Below are positions 51,601 through 63,404 of a DNA stretch of 64,000 nt, one piece after another. The notes under the pieces are model-generated. The model was given only the letters and a program-made list of their open reading frames with translations. It did no database searches and was not told the origin of the DNA. Origin of the DNA: Lingula anatina (Eukaryota; Animalia; Brachiopoda); contig CM120645.1 of the NCBI GenBank assembly GCA_051362555.1, positions 4,030,001 to 4,094,000 of the forward strand, read 5' to 3'. The stretch's first letter is position 1. Each line of letters starts with the position of its first letter. A program made the translations under genes and the position numbers.

Positions 51601-54600
51601 AATCTAACTATGGTGAGGGAAGGACAGTTTTTTTTCTTTTAACATTGGAACTTCACCGACACTGTTTCTTCATGTTACCTAAAGTGCACGTTGGACCACT
51701 TGAGTGATGTCCATGTCAGTTGCCCAGTTGTGAAGCTCATTTTTGACTATAGGTTCACCTCGGGTTCTGTATGTCTTTCGTGTGAGTTTCCGCATGAGTT
51801 TCCCCTTTTGCGCCTGTCCAACTGGACTAGTGGTGTTTAAAGCTTGAAATCCGCTATAAGCCCAGAGCAAAGTTCATGCAGGGTCGAGCAACGATCCGTG
51901 ACAGAAATGATTTCACGTGGGTCTGTACAGCTGTCAACTCATTTCAGGTGGGAAGTACGTCTTACGTGCTGCAAAAACGCCCATGTATCGAACAGAAATG
52001 ACGAGGGATCTTATTCTCGGGCTCATGCCAAATGCACACGTGGCCGTGGATTCTGAAACTGAAATACAATTTGCGCTACCTAAATCTGAAACTTCAAAGT
52101 TTCCATTGGTTTTCAAAAAACTAGAGGACAGAATAGATGAGCTCGGTGTCTCCTCCTTTGGAGTGTCTGCTGCCACAATGGAGGGTATATATCTGAAGTA
52201 AGTCGGGAGGCTATTATGAACTGGTTCTGTATGATACTGATAAACGCGTTTTTTGAAGTCGATGGAATTTTACCAAATCTAAGAATGCACATCAAAGTTC
52301 ACCCTATCATATTCCTATACAAAGTTGGTTTTTTATTTATTTCTTTATTATTCTTTATTTATTTATCTAATTTTCATTATTTTGTTTTGTTTTGTCACAT
52401 CATGTTTCATTTTATTTTAGTATTTGTTGTTATAGGACTTAATATTGATTCATGTTGGATCTGTTTGCTTTTGTTTTGTAGCGCCAACAAATCAGTCAAT
52501 TCAGAAACTACTTCAGAATTTAGTGCCGTGTCAGAAAACACTGATAGCGAAATCATTTTACGTAAGTTGCAAACGAAATACCAAGGGCCATTTATTATTC
52601 GAAATGTCCAATCTTACTCTCAGGGCGACTTTTTGAAAAACAAAGAAGCTAGCTATCAAATGAACCTGAAATCTCAGAAGTCAAGTAAAGCTTTATATAA
52701 TTAAAATTGAAATTTATCTCCTTAACGCCATGCCATTTACTTTACAGGTAGAAAACCGAACATACGACGTTTCAGGTTGGTTCCAACCGGTTTGTTCCAT
52801 CAGTTGCGCGAATTCTTAAGCATGTTGTCTGTGCACGCGTTAATCTCATGGCGCAGACGCTGGTTGACCTTTTCACAGTTAATCTTACTCGTGACGACGG
52901 CTCTGTTCGCATCCTATAACCCAGAAGGGTTTTCGCAATCAGCATTGGCCCGAATTGTATCCCAAAATTCGGTTAATCTTTCTATCACGATGAACAGCAT
53001 GGTCGAACAAATAGATGACCCGTGCATTACCACTGTAGCTGCAGACCGTTCCGAATCGGCCCAGAATTTGTCGATGATATATGAAAGGCTGATGCTTGCT
53101 ACTTCTGGCTGTATTGTACATAAGATCAACATCACAGATTACGCTGCAGTGGACCGATATTTGATAGGCGCTCAACTCAACACAGGCGCTCTCCACTTTG
53201 CCAACCAATACATCATTGGCGTAGCGTTCCACTCATACACAGGTGGCTCTGGTGTTAGGGTGACAGGTTTGTACAGCAATTATGCCTATCACAGCATGCC
53301 ATTGGCTCTCAACCTGGTGAACAATGCCATACTGAAACACCTGGCGGGAGAGGAACACGAAATCGCAGTCAGCAACTTTCCTTTGCCTCCCACTGATCGA
53401 GATCCGTGGGACAACGATGTTCTGGTCGACGAAAAGAACCCAACGAATGAGTCGTGGAAGTTGTCTCCGCCTGTCGTATCCATGGCGTACACCTGCATTT
53501 TCCTGTTTGTTATGTCGGCATTGTTAGCGTCCTTTGCCGTGAACCCGGTTCAGGAACGCAATCTCGAAACAAAAAGGCTTCTGTTCGTTTCTGGCGCTAC
53601 GGGTTTGACCTACTGGTTGGCACGATGTTGCTGGGACACTATCGTGTTCATGGTGCCAATCGTTTTAATCATGGGTTTAGTTTTAGCTTTTCAAGCATGG
53701 CCTTTGTACATACCCAACAGACAACAAGAAACCCTGATACTGCTTCTGATTCTCTTCGGATGGGCATCGTTGCCGTTGACATACTTACTCTCTTTCAAGT
53801 TCGAAACTGGAGTAAAAGCTGTGACAACTATTGCAGTGGCTTATTCAGCTATAGGTATGCATCTGTAGTTGTGTTTGACCTTAGGACTACCGTGTCTTTG
53901 AAAACTTAATTTGCTGGAAACAGTAAAATAATATAGTTCAAGTGGAATGCTTGTGAAATTAAAGAACCGACATTTTATTTTTTATTTTTTATGCCAAGCG
54001 ACCTTTAAACTTGTACAGTTTAAATGATGTGAACTTATGCCTTAGTTCAACTATTATGGGCAATAGAGATGCGCTGAAAAGCAATCAGTATGTAACCTGT
54101 TTTATACCGTTTTACTTGTTATGTGCTTCTTAATTGATATCTAGGAAGTGTAATGTTCGCAGTGGTCGAATTCGTCATATTTATCCTACCCTACCAACTT
54201 TTGGGGAGGACTGAGATGAGCACCGTTCGGGCATGGCACGACGTATTGAACTGGATATTCACTATTCTTTCGCCCCCCTATAATTTGGCTGCCGGGTTGA
54301 TGAATTTTTACGCGAATGACGACCACAGGCAGATCTGTTCCCGCCAAGAAACCAATAGAAGCCACATTCAGTGCGATATCGGTAATGTGGAGTGCTTTTC
54401 TGCAAACTATCAATTAGATTTAAAGCTCGGAAATGAATAATGGCATGCAATTCATGAATATATAAAAAGTTTCACCATGAAAACGAATCCAAGACACAAG
54501 AGATGATTAATTTCATTTTGTGAAGGGGTTGTTTAATTTGCCGTTAATTTTTAAAGATTATCTTACCTTGTCTTGTAATTAATAACAGTTGTATCAACAG

Positions 54601-57425
54601 AAACATTTACTGATGAAGCAGAGACATGAAAGTATTAAACAATACTCAGTTAAATTTTCTATCCCATTCTCTCCTTATGATTTCTCCTGCCGTCATTCCT
54701 TACTTCCATATTAATTTTAATTGATTATTTTGGTCTTCTTTGTTTCTTGCGGCAGAACTCTGCATGGGATGGAACCAAAATCAGACTTCTCTTCATCGAG
54801 AAAACAGAACAATATACTACTGTACTCCATATGTCAACAACATTCTTGAATTCGGAAATCTTGGCTTAGGGCGAAATCTATTGATCCTTTTCGTCCAAGG
54901 CTTTGTCTTCTTAGCCATCCTGATCATCTTGGAGACACACGTAATGTCCACGTGGTACAAGATGCGTCAAAAAAGAGGGTTTAGAAGATCGCTTTCGGAG
55001 AACGTGATGCAATTTTCAAGGTACTCTCGAAAAAGCAGCATCAGAGGTTCTGGTCAAGGACAAAGGAGCGGACCGAGCCGATTGTCCGTACGTAGAGGTG
55101 TGTTGAAATGTAATTAAATATTGTATGAATAAATTTCCAAGCGAATTATTTACTTACACAAACAAGGGGACATATATGAAAGTGGTTTATACCCGTCTGT
55201 GCTTTTTTGTCAAAACAAAATTGCCCAATTTTTATTATCATCCCCATTTTCACTCGACTTTATACATATCTGAATCATTGGTGATTTCTTAACTTTAATT
55301 TACTAGAAATCGCGTGGCCGGTCAAGTCAATTCAGTATTGTATTTAGATTTCACTGAAATGTCCATTCTCATCCTAGGTGAGGCACTTGGAATGATTGGG
55401 CTTGACGACCGTGACAAAGAAACGCTGTTCCGCATGTTAACGGGGGATATGCTGGCGCCGGATGGCACCTCTGTAATAGAAGGTGTCTCAATAAACCATA
55501 GTAGTGAACGGGTGAGAACATCAACTCACTTTCACGAAAACGACAGCTTATTTATCTTTTTCATCATTAAACACTTATATTCAGTTGATTTGCAGTGACA
55601 TAATTTGAGGTATAAATATTAGTTTAATTTTTTTTTCTTTTTCTTTTTTTTTTCATTTAAAAATTCATTTTTTTTTTGTAAGAAGACTGATATAAATAAT
55701 TAGTAGCCCAATCAAACACCTAAATATCGACCGCTGTAAAGTCAACAATATTTCAGCTAATGCGATTATATTACTTAAAATACAGAGTCGACTTCATGTG
55801 GGTTACAGCCCTCAGTCGTGCTCACTGATGGGTGATCTGACGTGCAGAGAGATGTTGTCCCTGATTGCACGGTTACGAGGAGTCACAGAGAGCGAGCTGG
55901 AGCATGTGATTGATGACGTCATAGAATGGTGCCTTCTTATCAGTCAGGCTGATGACGTCATCAACAGCTGCAGGCGAGTTATTTTAGTTGTTGGGAATAT
56001 ATTCATTTCTTTATTTTGAAAAGCACTCCCTTAGCCATATTTCCACTTTGCTCTTTAGACCATTCGCTATTCTACACCCCCAGTTACTGGATTCAAGACT
56101 GCAGAATTAGTTTTGGATGAGTCATGATCAGTATCTCGGGTGCGTCCCTTCGTGTTTCTACGGTCGACTGTTATCATTAAGTTCACAGGGAGCAAATGTG
56201 TTTCTACTGATATATAGTAGGGTTCGACATGAACAAACATAATGCCAATTTAAAATATTAAGATTGATTGGCTGTAAAAAATATTAAGATAGTCTAAGAT
56301 TGAAGATCAAGAAAGGAGGTTTACTATCCCAATAGCTGGGAGTGTATCACCACAAGTATGCAAAATGGATACTCAATAACGCGTTTGAATTAAATGGATA
56401 AGGTAAATTTGATATTGGACTGAAAAGAAAAATGTCAAACGGGGGATCTTAAATTATTTGCCCTCTTTACCACTTACAGCCATTAAGCATGACTTCAGTT
56501 ATATCTGTGATGTTTTTGTCTGTTTAACAGTGCTGGAACAAAGCGAAAATTAAGCACAGCAATCGCTCTGATTGGAAAACCCTCCATAATATTTCTGGAT
56601 GAGCCAACAACAAGTGTTGACCCATTGTGCAGGAGAAAAATATGGACAGTCCTTCAAGAAGTTCGACAACAGGGATCTTCATTGATTTTGACCAGCCATA
56701 TGTGCGTTCGTTTTAAGGTTTCCTTCTATAAATTCAAGTCATAATATATATCAAATTATTTCAAAAAAGAGGGTTAATAGCTATTTATTTAGGGAATCAT
56801 ATCATGCTGTGCAGAATGCTATTCTACAGATGTAACAAAATATATACCTGATTGTTTTAATGTGATACAAGTGGATTTTTGAGGTACAAAATGTTTAGCA
56901 ATTTTTGTTGTTGTTTAACAGTATCAATGTTTTGTCCTTGAGTCGTTACTCTGCGTGTAATTATTACCCAGTAAAAAGGTTAGTTTAATTTAAGTTTGTT
57001 TTTGTAGCACCGAGGAATGTGAAATGCAGTGCACCCGAGTAACCATCATGGTGGACCATCGTTTTGTCGCCATGGGAAGTCCACAGTCGCTAAAAGACGA
57101 GTTCGGAGAATATGTCAACATTGAAATACGTCTGAAGGAAGAGATGGAAGAGATCGACATTGAAGCACTGGCTGCGTTCCTCAATTCTCGCATCAAAGGA
57201 TTGCGTATTACTAAAATGAATCGATTTGTTATCGACCTTAAAGTTGTAGACGATTCCATGCGCTGGAGTAATTTGTTTTGGACGTTAGAGGAAGCAAATA
57301 CGCGTTTTGGCATTGCAGATTACAGCGTCCAGCAAAGTTCTTTGGAAGCAGCATTTTTAAACTTGTCAGGATTTGCTTCAGCCCAGAACAGTGAGCAAGG
57401 TTCTTTTGTACAGGACCGTATTTGA
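45608..57425 (+). CDS. ABCA-family full transporter, copy B, 20 exons, ~1718 aa
   Basis: Exons: 45608-45953, 46250-46474, 47082-47350, 47623-47875, 48490-48666, 48996-49171, 49465-49605, 50030-50147, 50399-50553 (GC donor), 50875-51030, 51399-51612, 51948-52197, 52482-52561, 52748-53854, 54145-54381, 54756-55097, 55378-55511, 55786-55973 (GC donor), 56531-56701, 57008-57425; total 5157 nt. Same intron positions and phases as copy A; Kozak-like GCCATG; 5'UTR acceptor at 45577-45578. Confidence 0.92.
46583..46840. mobile_element. Short non-autonomous DNA element (CAGGGGCGGATCC-type termini) in an intron of ABCA copy B
   Basis: Left end TAGTGGCGGATTT, right end GGATCCGCCCCTG; GC-rich interior with small hairpins, within an AT-rich intron. 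No clean TSD. Confidence 0.6.
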
Positions 57426-59864
57426 CACTTTGCCTGTTTTGATTAGTTGTCATACTTAAGAAAAGGCATCATGGTGAATTTCCTTGTTCGTATCTTATTG
57501 GTGTTTTATTTTTACAATGACACTAACGTTACGCTTTATCAGATGTCAGTTGAGTAGGGAATTGATTCCATGCAACACGTCTGACTGGACAGTAAAAAAT
57601 TGTGAAGAATGAGGCAAAAACTTTTCAGTGATTACCTAGCAAAAATCAATCTGTGACCCTGGAATGGGACGCAAAAGCATTAGGAAAATGCAATCGTGTA
57701 CAGTTCACCAAAATGAGCAATATTACTAATTGTCAAACAATCTGGCATATTGCTAATCTAAAGAACTGCTTGTATTCATTTTTGGCGATTTATTGTGACA
57801 CAAGTTAAAGTGTTATATCGTCTCATGACTACATCCATATACATGTACAAAAAGGCCAGGTTAAGCGTGACGTAAGGGGGTCAAATTCTACGAGGAGGCT
57901 TACATGTACTTGTACAAAACAATTGAAATCTAACCCTGCATTAAAAGGGGCTTTCTTGTACCTGGCATTACTCGGATAAAATACATGTACTGTACGTTCT
58001 ATGTTAAAATGTCAGCAAAATGCAATGTCAGCGCCCCCCCTCCCCCAACACACACACACACAGAGAAATCTGTGATGGAATGCTAACTGCCATAGAGCAC
58101 ATTTTCGTGAAAGTTTCCAGACCCCTGACCCAATAAAATTTAATGTAATTATAAAGTTTAGTTTTTCAAAGATTTCGACTTTTTGTTTCGTAATAAATAA
58201 ACTGCACCATATATATTGATATTCCGTCATTAAAGTTAAATGAAATATGGTCTTTACTTTTTGTTGCAAAAAGGTATTTATACTGTCAGCGAAGAAACTA
58301 CTGTAGTTCCCAAATATATGTTTCACGTAACACACAATTCTTCCGTGATGAATAGATTTAAGCAACAATTAACAAAAGAAAAATAAATTTTAATTAATTT
58401 GTTAAAACAAAAGAAAGGTTTGCTATTGTCAATGCTTATATTCCATTGCTGATAACAGTATTGTGTAATTTATTAGGTTAAACTCATGTACTTGTTACTA
58501 TCTTAAGACCGTATTTTCGGATATAAATTATTTTCACCATAACCAATCACTGGCATGATAATTCCACTGTTGTGATATATCTGTACCCCTTCCAAGCACG
58601 CCTCCTAGGCGCTTTCAGTCATTCGTTTTCTAGAATAATTATCTTTCAAGAAAAAAAGTAGTAGACCTATTTTGTTGAGAACCAATTTTTGTGACCTATC
58701 ATGCACCCCGAATTTGAAGTTAATGCGACCATGGATCAAATGTATATTTGAATGCAGTTTCAACAGAAAATTTCCGCGTAAGCACCCTCAAACCCATACC
58801 AGGGTCATATATTTCCGTGATAATGACGATAATAAGTCACATGGTACAGGATGTCCAGCCTGGACGTTGCTGTGTCATGTGCCAGCCATGGTTATCTGTA
58901 CAGTGTAGTAATACTCTGGCGCGGAAACAGAGAAGAGAGTAATGGCAACAGTTCTAGCTGGCATTGAATAGTAGTCAATAATAGAGGAGGAACCATTTGA
59001 AGGGCGCCCTTTGAATTTGTAGGTATTGCTTGTTTTCCTAAACGTAGTTCTTGCAATATTTGCCAATAAAGGCAACTTAAGAGTCTATGTCAGTATTAAG
59101 AAGACTTAATCACTCCAAGACTTAAGCTCCTCGCTAATTGTGCAATATCAGATACGGTTTATAACGTTCCGGTTATTGCTTCTCATAGGCAGCACCATTT
59201 GAAAAACAATATGGAAAGGGAAAGTAAAAAGGCGCGTTTGGGCACTTGATAAAATATTTTTGTCAATAATCCAAAAATTTTAAATCAAAGTTTGAATGTC
59301 TGATCGGGTTGAACGAAATCATAAAATGGCCTGAAATGCGTTTGGATAAATGTCCTGTATCGATGGAATAGGAGTTCGACAAAGGGATTTAAAGAGAGAT
59401 ACTACTTAAACGCAATCAAAATCAATTTAAGCAATCATTTAGCAACATTGTTTACTTTGATAGACGTTTAAAATATCAATTTATGATGCTATTCGTGACC
59501 AATCAAACAGTCACCCCATCAAACCGGTATCAGTAACGTACTAAGCGTAACAACATATTGATAAAGATATCACATTAATCTAAGCAACATTGTTGAAAGC
59601 ACGTTAAACGGACACGCGCGGCGCTCGCGCTTGTGTGGCGAAGCCAGGCGGTTATCAGATAGTCGACAGTACCAACAAAATCTTATCTGACCATTGATTA
59701 AACATGATAAGCACGTAACTCTCATGTACTTGAACAAAGTCCATGCGATGTTTTGGTTATCGAACACGACTACCGCATATTCTTTAACACTTGTGACTTC
59801 AGAATGTATCGTCCATAAATTAATATAGTATTGTGAAAATGTAAGACGAATAACTTTCACAATA

Positions 59865-60486
59865 TAGGGGCGGATTTTTTTATAATAATATCATGTAATT
59901 ATTTGCAACTTAAAAAGTTGGATTTTGCAATAAAAACAAATAGTGGTGAGATGCACAATCTTTAAATATGCTTGTAAGTGTTAAAATGATTCGAAACACA
60001 TTAAAAGTTCATAAAAGCCTCAGTTCTTAAAATTTGATAAAGCCCATGGGATAAAAGTTTTGGATGATCGTACAGTCCTCAGTTTTGGCATAGTGTACTT
60101 ATAACCCCGGCGCAAAGTGTAGGAACTTTCATTTATCTCTGGTAGCAAATGATGGATTTTGTGTCCTTCGAAGTAGGTGTTATGCAATAATGTTTAGATA
60201 GTTCATCTCTTCTACAAGCAAGAGTGATAAGTTTACACGTTTCAAGTGCCCCATCAAAGGGCAGCTCTGGGAATATAATCTTACATGCTCTTATCTGGAT
60301 GGATTCAATTTTATCAACTTATTGTTGTGTGAGGCCGTCTTCTGGGTCTTCCGGAAGACGGTCAGATTTTCAAGATTACATTGACAGATATCTAATTTCT
60401 TCTGTCGGACGACGGTCAAAAATGAAGGATGGATCAATAAAGATAATTCGGAAGCCTGTCAGAAAATATATCTGGATCCACCCCTG
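59865..60486. mobile_element. Element with (C/T)AGGGG(C/T)GGAT termini upstream of ABCA copy C, containing a LINE fragment
   Basis: Ends TAGGGGCGGATT (59865) and GGATCCACCCCTG (60486). This block has no counterpart in the otherwise homologous upstream region of copy A (~38210-38230). Confidence 0.55.
60020..60336 (-). mobile_element. 5'-truncated L2/CR1-group LINE, ORF2 C-terminal fragment
   Basis: Minus-strand translation GLTQQ*VDKIESIQIRACKIIFPELPFDGALETCKLITLACRRDEL, then after a frameshift GHKIHHLLPEINESSYTLRRGYKYTMPKLRTVRSSKTFIPWALSNFKN*. This matches the pattern E.IQ.RA.RII....Y..AL....L.TL..RR / H.LLP...Y.LR...P..RT.R...SFIP typical of L2/CR1 RT C-termini. Confidence 0.75.
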
Positions 60487-60621
60487 AGTAGTAATGATGC
60501 CTGAGGTGGATAATTAGGGGGATGCAGACAATGCCCTTAAATCAACTGGTGAATTAATCAGAACGATGTGCATTTATTTTACAGTGCGTGTCTGTGTGTG
60601 TGCACATGTGTGCGCATGTGT

Positions 60622-60623
<2 letters not shown>

Positions 60624-60656
<33 letters not shown>
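60624..60656. repeat. (AG)n microsatellite
   Basis: Expanded AG run. The paralogous position in copy A has only a short AGAGAG. Confidence 0.85.
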
Positions 60657-60657
<1 letters not shown>

Positions 60658-60780
60658 CTAGTCGTGCAAAGAGAGATACAGTAATTTACAATATCCATTT
60701 TCAAATTAAATAGAGCAGCGAAAAAAACACATTCAGTTTATAATGAATTGGATTTTCAGGTTACCCACCGTTTCATCACC

Positions 60781-63404
60781 ATGGCATTCCTGCGTGCAAC
60801 GTGGCAGTTGCTGTGGTTACGATTCCAATACACACGGCGCCATAAGCTAAACACGTGCATCACTCTCTTGCTGTTTTGTGCAGCAATTGCCATTCCTATT
60901 GCTTACGAATTTACCATAGACATAGGATCGGGAGTGACCACCGTCCCCGATGAAACCTTCAGTCCACAAAAAGATTTCCAATATCCGGGGGTACCCGGGG
61001 CATTTTGTTTGGGTCTTGGAGTTGCGCCCGCAACAAGCCGCGGGAACCACACCCCGCAAGAGTTTCTTGGGTGGTTCAAGTACTATCTGGGCCAATCAAC
61101 ACTTGGTCAGTCGTTCATGGGTACGTAATATTGAAAGACAAAATAGTTGAATAGTGCATTAACTATGTTAGGCATATTTGATCACCAAATATGTTTGAGA
61201 TGGAAGAGAAGGGTTATTACCAGTTCATTGTACTAAAGAACTTTTTAAAGAGGCAAATAACTGTGTAAAACATATTTAAGATTACTTTATCTTACAATGC
61301 GGAGAGAGAATTGTCGAGTTCGATGAGTAATGCCCAGTTTTCAACGAAATGTCACTAAGTAAAATAAAGGCGCTCAGCCTCAAAACAAACAAACAAAAAT
61401 GCTTCAACTTAGTCTTACTTTTAATCATTTATCTTTAATCACTTTTATTTACCTCAGTGTATCGACTAGAAAACAGTAAGGCGTTGGAAGACTTGGTCGA
61501 GCAAAATCCAAAAACATTTGATATTGTGGGCGGGGTAGTCTTCAATGACGAAAGTTTTGACAACGGTATGCCAACCTCCAAGTTCGGATACACTATCCGC
61601 CTCCGTTCAGAACCGTCGTTACATCACACAAGAGAGTGGTTTACGAACGTCTTAAGAGCGTTCTATTTCGAAACTGGCCCGGGTAAAACGAATGTTTTTG
61701 TACTTTTGTGAGTCGGGATAAATTAGATAGATTTTTATTTGTATATCACATAACACTTGAAATAGTACAGAACAGGGAAGAGTATAATTAAAATCCATTA
61801 ATACATGTCATCCTTTCAGTATCTCATTCGTAACATAGAATTAGTCAATGGCACGTTTCAGTACCATTATTATTATGATTTTTTAAAAAATCATCTTAAA
61901 ATGTGCATACAAATTATTCATCTCCAGAATACGACAAAAACGGTTTTCTTGCCATCCAAGATTCTGTGGACAAATCTTACATCAAGATGATTTCGAAATC
62001 TCCTCTTCGCCCTTTTCCTACACGACTCAAGCGATTCCCAACGCTGGAGCACAAGACAAGTAGTTACTTTGAGACTGATCAACTGAGTTACTTTTCCGAG
62101 CCCCTTGCCGCCGTTGTGATTGTTGGCTGTATATCTTTAGTTTTGGAAGTTACCCGAGGAATATCATATGAAAAGGAAACGGGACTAAAAGTAAGTGTAT
62201 ACGATGGAAAGTGTACGAAAAATAACATTTGGTTACCTGTGTCTACAAAGGGTTCTGCCAATCTCCTAAAACAATTAAAATTATCGCCTTTCTATTTCAC
62301 GGTTCTAGTCGGGAAGAACAAATTACAACTTGCATACAGCAATATATACATTTGTAAATATATTTGATATATTTAACATGTGGAGCTTAGTTTTAAAAGC
62401 AAGTAGCGTGCGAAAAGGATAAATAATGTGATGATCTATAATTTTCCCAAAGAACAGCAACAAAGGTTTATACAGTGTAAGTAATGGTAGAGTGACTGGC
62501 TTCAAATTACGGTATTAAACAGCCAAATAAAGGCATCCACGTGGCTGTTAAGTTGATCCAATAGGATAGTGTGATAAAACAATTTTGGATAGATTGCATA
62601 CAACGCCATCCACCTTTTTGATCACTTGGAATTATGTTGTTTTATATATAGGTTCTTTTGAAAACGTGTGGCGTGCCAGACAAGGCATATTGGCTCTCTT
62701 GGTTCTTGTACTGGAGCATACCATACGTCATCATGATGGTCGTGTTGTCAATACTATTTCTATCTGCTGGTTCGAGTGAAGATGGTGGCAGCCTGGCCAC
62801 CATCATAAACCAATATGTTGTGTTTCTGTTCCTCTTGCTATACGCCATATCGACCATCTTATTGTGCTTTGTGTGCAGCTTAGTTAACTCTACAGGTAAG
62901 TGTTACTAGACATGCCATCCTATTTGAATAAAATATGTTATCATGGAGATGAAGTAAGAACATACAATATTTATTAGATAAAAGCATTTAAAATGATATC
63001 TGGATTTACTTCAGTTTTACTGCCCTATTCAACTTTATGATTTAGTTCTTTTGATAAAAGCTAAACTGTACTTATTAGGTGACCATTAGCTTTGATTTAG
63101 ATATTTTAAAAAGAATCCATGATACTTATAATTTTTATATTTTTACAGTTGTAATACTCTGTAATAATTGTAATAATCTGTAATACATACGTAATACATA
63201 GGCCATTATAATTTTCATTCTTTAAAGTTGCCGCCATAGCGCTATTCATGGTGGTGTACCTTGTCCCCGCCTGTCTAAGCACACCGTTATTTTACGAATT
63301 CATGTCGAAATCACAAAAACTGGCAATGTGTTTACTGCCAAACTTTGCTCTCAAGATGGGCGCTTTGCAGATCCTCATCTACTGCCGCTCTCCACTGAAC
63401 GGAG
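60781..63404 (+). CDS. ABCA-family transporter, copy C (5' five coding exons; continues beyond window)
   Basis: Exons 60781-61120, 61458-61682, 61928-62190, 62652-62895, 63228-63404. The window ends exactly at the next acceptor (…ctacatgtag, 64000). Protein and introns are clearly alignable to the reverse complement of copy A (34750-38130). Confidence 0.9.

Noticed and set aside
52216-52704. 162-aa hydrophobic ORF
   Set aside because: T-rich intron read through the real 80-nt ABCA exon 52482-52561; not a separate gene.
58875-59075. Minus-strand ORF with SSSIIDY resembling a LINE endonuclease motif
   Set aside because: Only one short motif, with no other collinear support visible.
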